A stretch of DNA of 34,978 bases. Origin: a virus (taxonomy: Duplodnaviria; Caudoviricetes). The stretch lies in the IMG/VR virus record IMGVR_UViG_3300027813_000038, positions 1 to 34,978 of that record, one strand, 5' to 3'. How positions within the stretch are numbered: position 1 is the stretch's first letter; each line of letters begins with the position of its first letter. The notes under the pieces were generated by a model. The model saw nothing but the letters and a program-made list of their open reading frames with translations, was not told the DNA's origin and searched no databases. A program made the translations under genes and the position numbers. Shown one piece after another: positions 34,788-34,978 of the stretch.

Positions 34788-34978
34788 AAAAATATACAAT
34801 ATTATTTATAAGTGTTATTTAAAGCACTATTACTATTCATAGTTGTATTGTGAGTTTTAAACTAACTGTGTTACTACGAAACATAATTACATTGTCTATA
34901 TTTGTTTATTTTTAAACCGCTATTCCCAAATAGTTATTCATATTTTAAATTTTCTTCCATATATTCCCAAACTTTTTG
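34788..34978 (+). repeat. Terminal direct repeat, right copy
   Basis: Matches 1..191 with one mismatch. Confidence 0.95.

Larger units (their letters stand above)
1..34978. mobile_element. Complete or near-complete tailed bacteriophage genome (siphovirus-like, probable Flavobacteriaceae/Bacteroidota host), unit length ~34,787 bp
   Basis: Terminase, portal, capsid, tail, tape measure and lysis genes; terminal repeat closing the genome; Bacteroidota TAnnTTTG promoters; no host housekeeping genes. Confidence 0.95.

Overview
This window is an apparently complete ~34.8-kb AT-rich tailed phage genome, probably a siphovirus infecting Bacteroidota/Flavobacteriaceae (host inferred from TAnnTTTG promoters and SD-less A-rich leaders). 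It is closed by a 191-nt terminal repeat (1..191 = 34788..34978, one mismatch). Almost all genes are on the minus strand. The early block (11003 to 147) encodes an Arc-like RHH protein, a Rad52/Sak recombinase, NinB- and NinG-like proteins, a NUMOD4-HNH endonuclease, two DnaA-C-like HTH proteins, an IbrA/IbrB (YbdN/YbdM)-like PAPS-reductase + ParB cassette coupled to a PD-(D/E)xK nuclease, a replication initiator with internal iteron-like repeats, a C5-MTase-like protein and a metallophosphoesterase. The late block (34381 to 11151) encodes a phage sigma factor, terS/terL, frameshifting tail chaperones, tail proteins and fibre, tape measure, protease-scaffold, major capsid, tail tube, portal, adaptor, a second tube paralog with a fibre-like and an LRR protein, and lysis genes. 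A three-gene plus-strand accessory cassette interrupts the late block. No integrase or CI-type repressor was recognised. The most notable observations are: (i) the PAPS-reductase/ParB/nuclease cassette, a candidate DNA-modification system; (ii) a four-copy late promoter GTAACAAA-N10-TTTAGTTATA, likely read by the phage sigma factor; (iii) up to three promoter-terminator small-RNA units in the control region, one sharing a UUAGCG-loop hairpin with the replication-gene leader; (iv) near-total GATC avoidance; (v) modular C-terminal-peptide/N-terminal-domain docking pairs among fibre proteins. All product calls come from motif recognition by eye; no database search was run.
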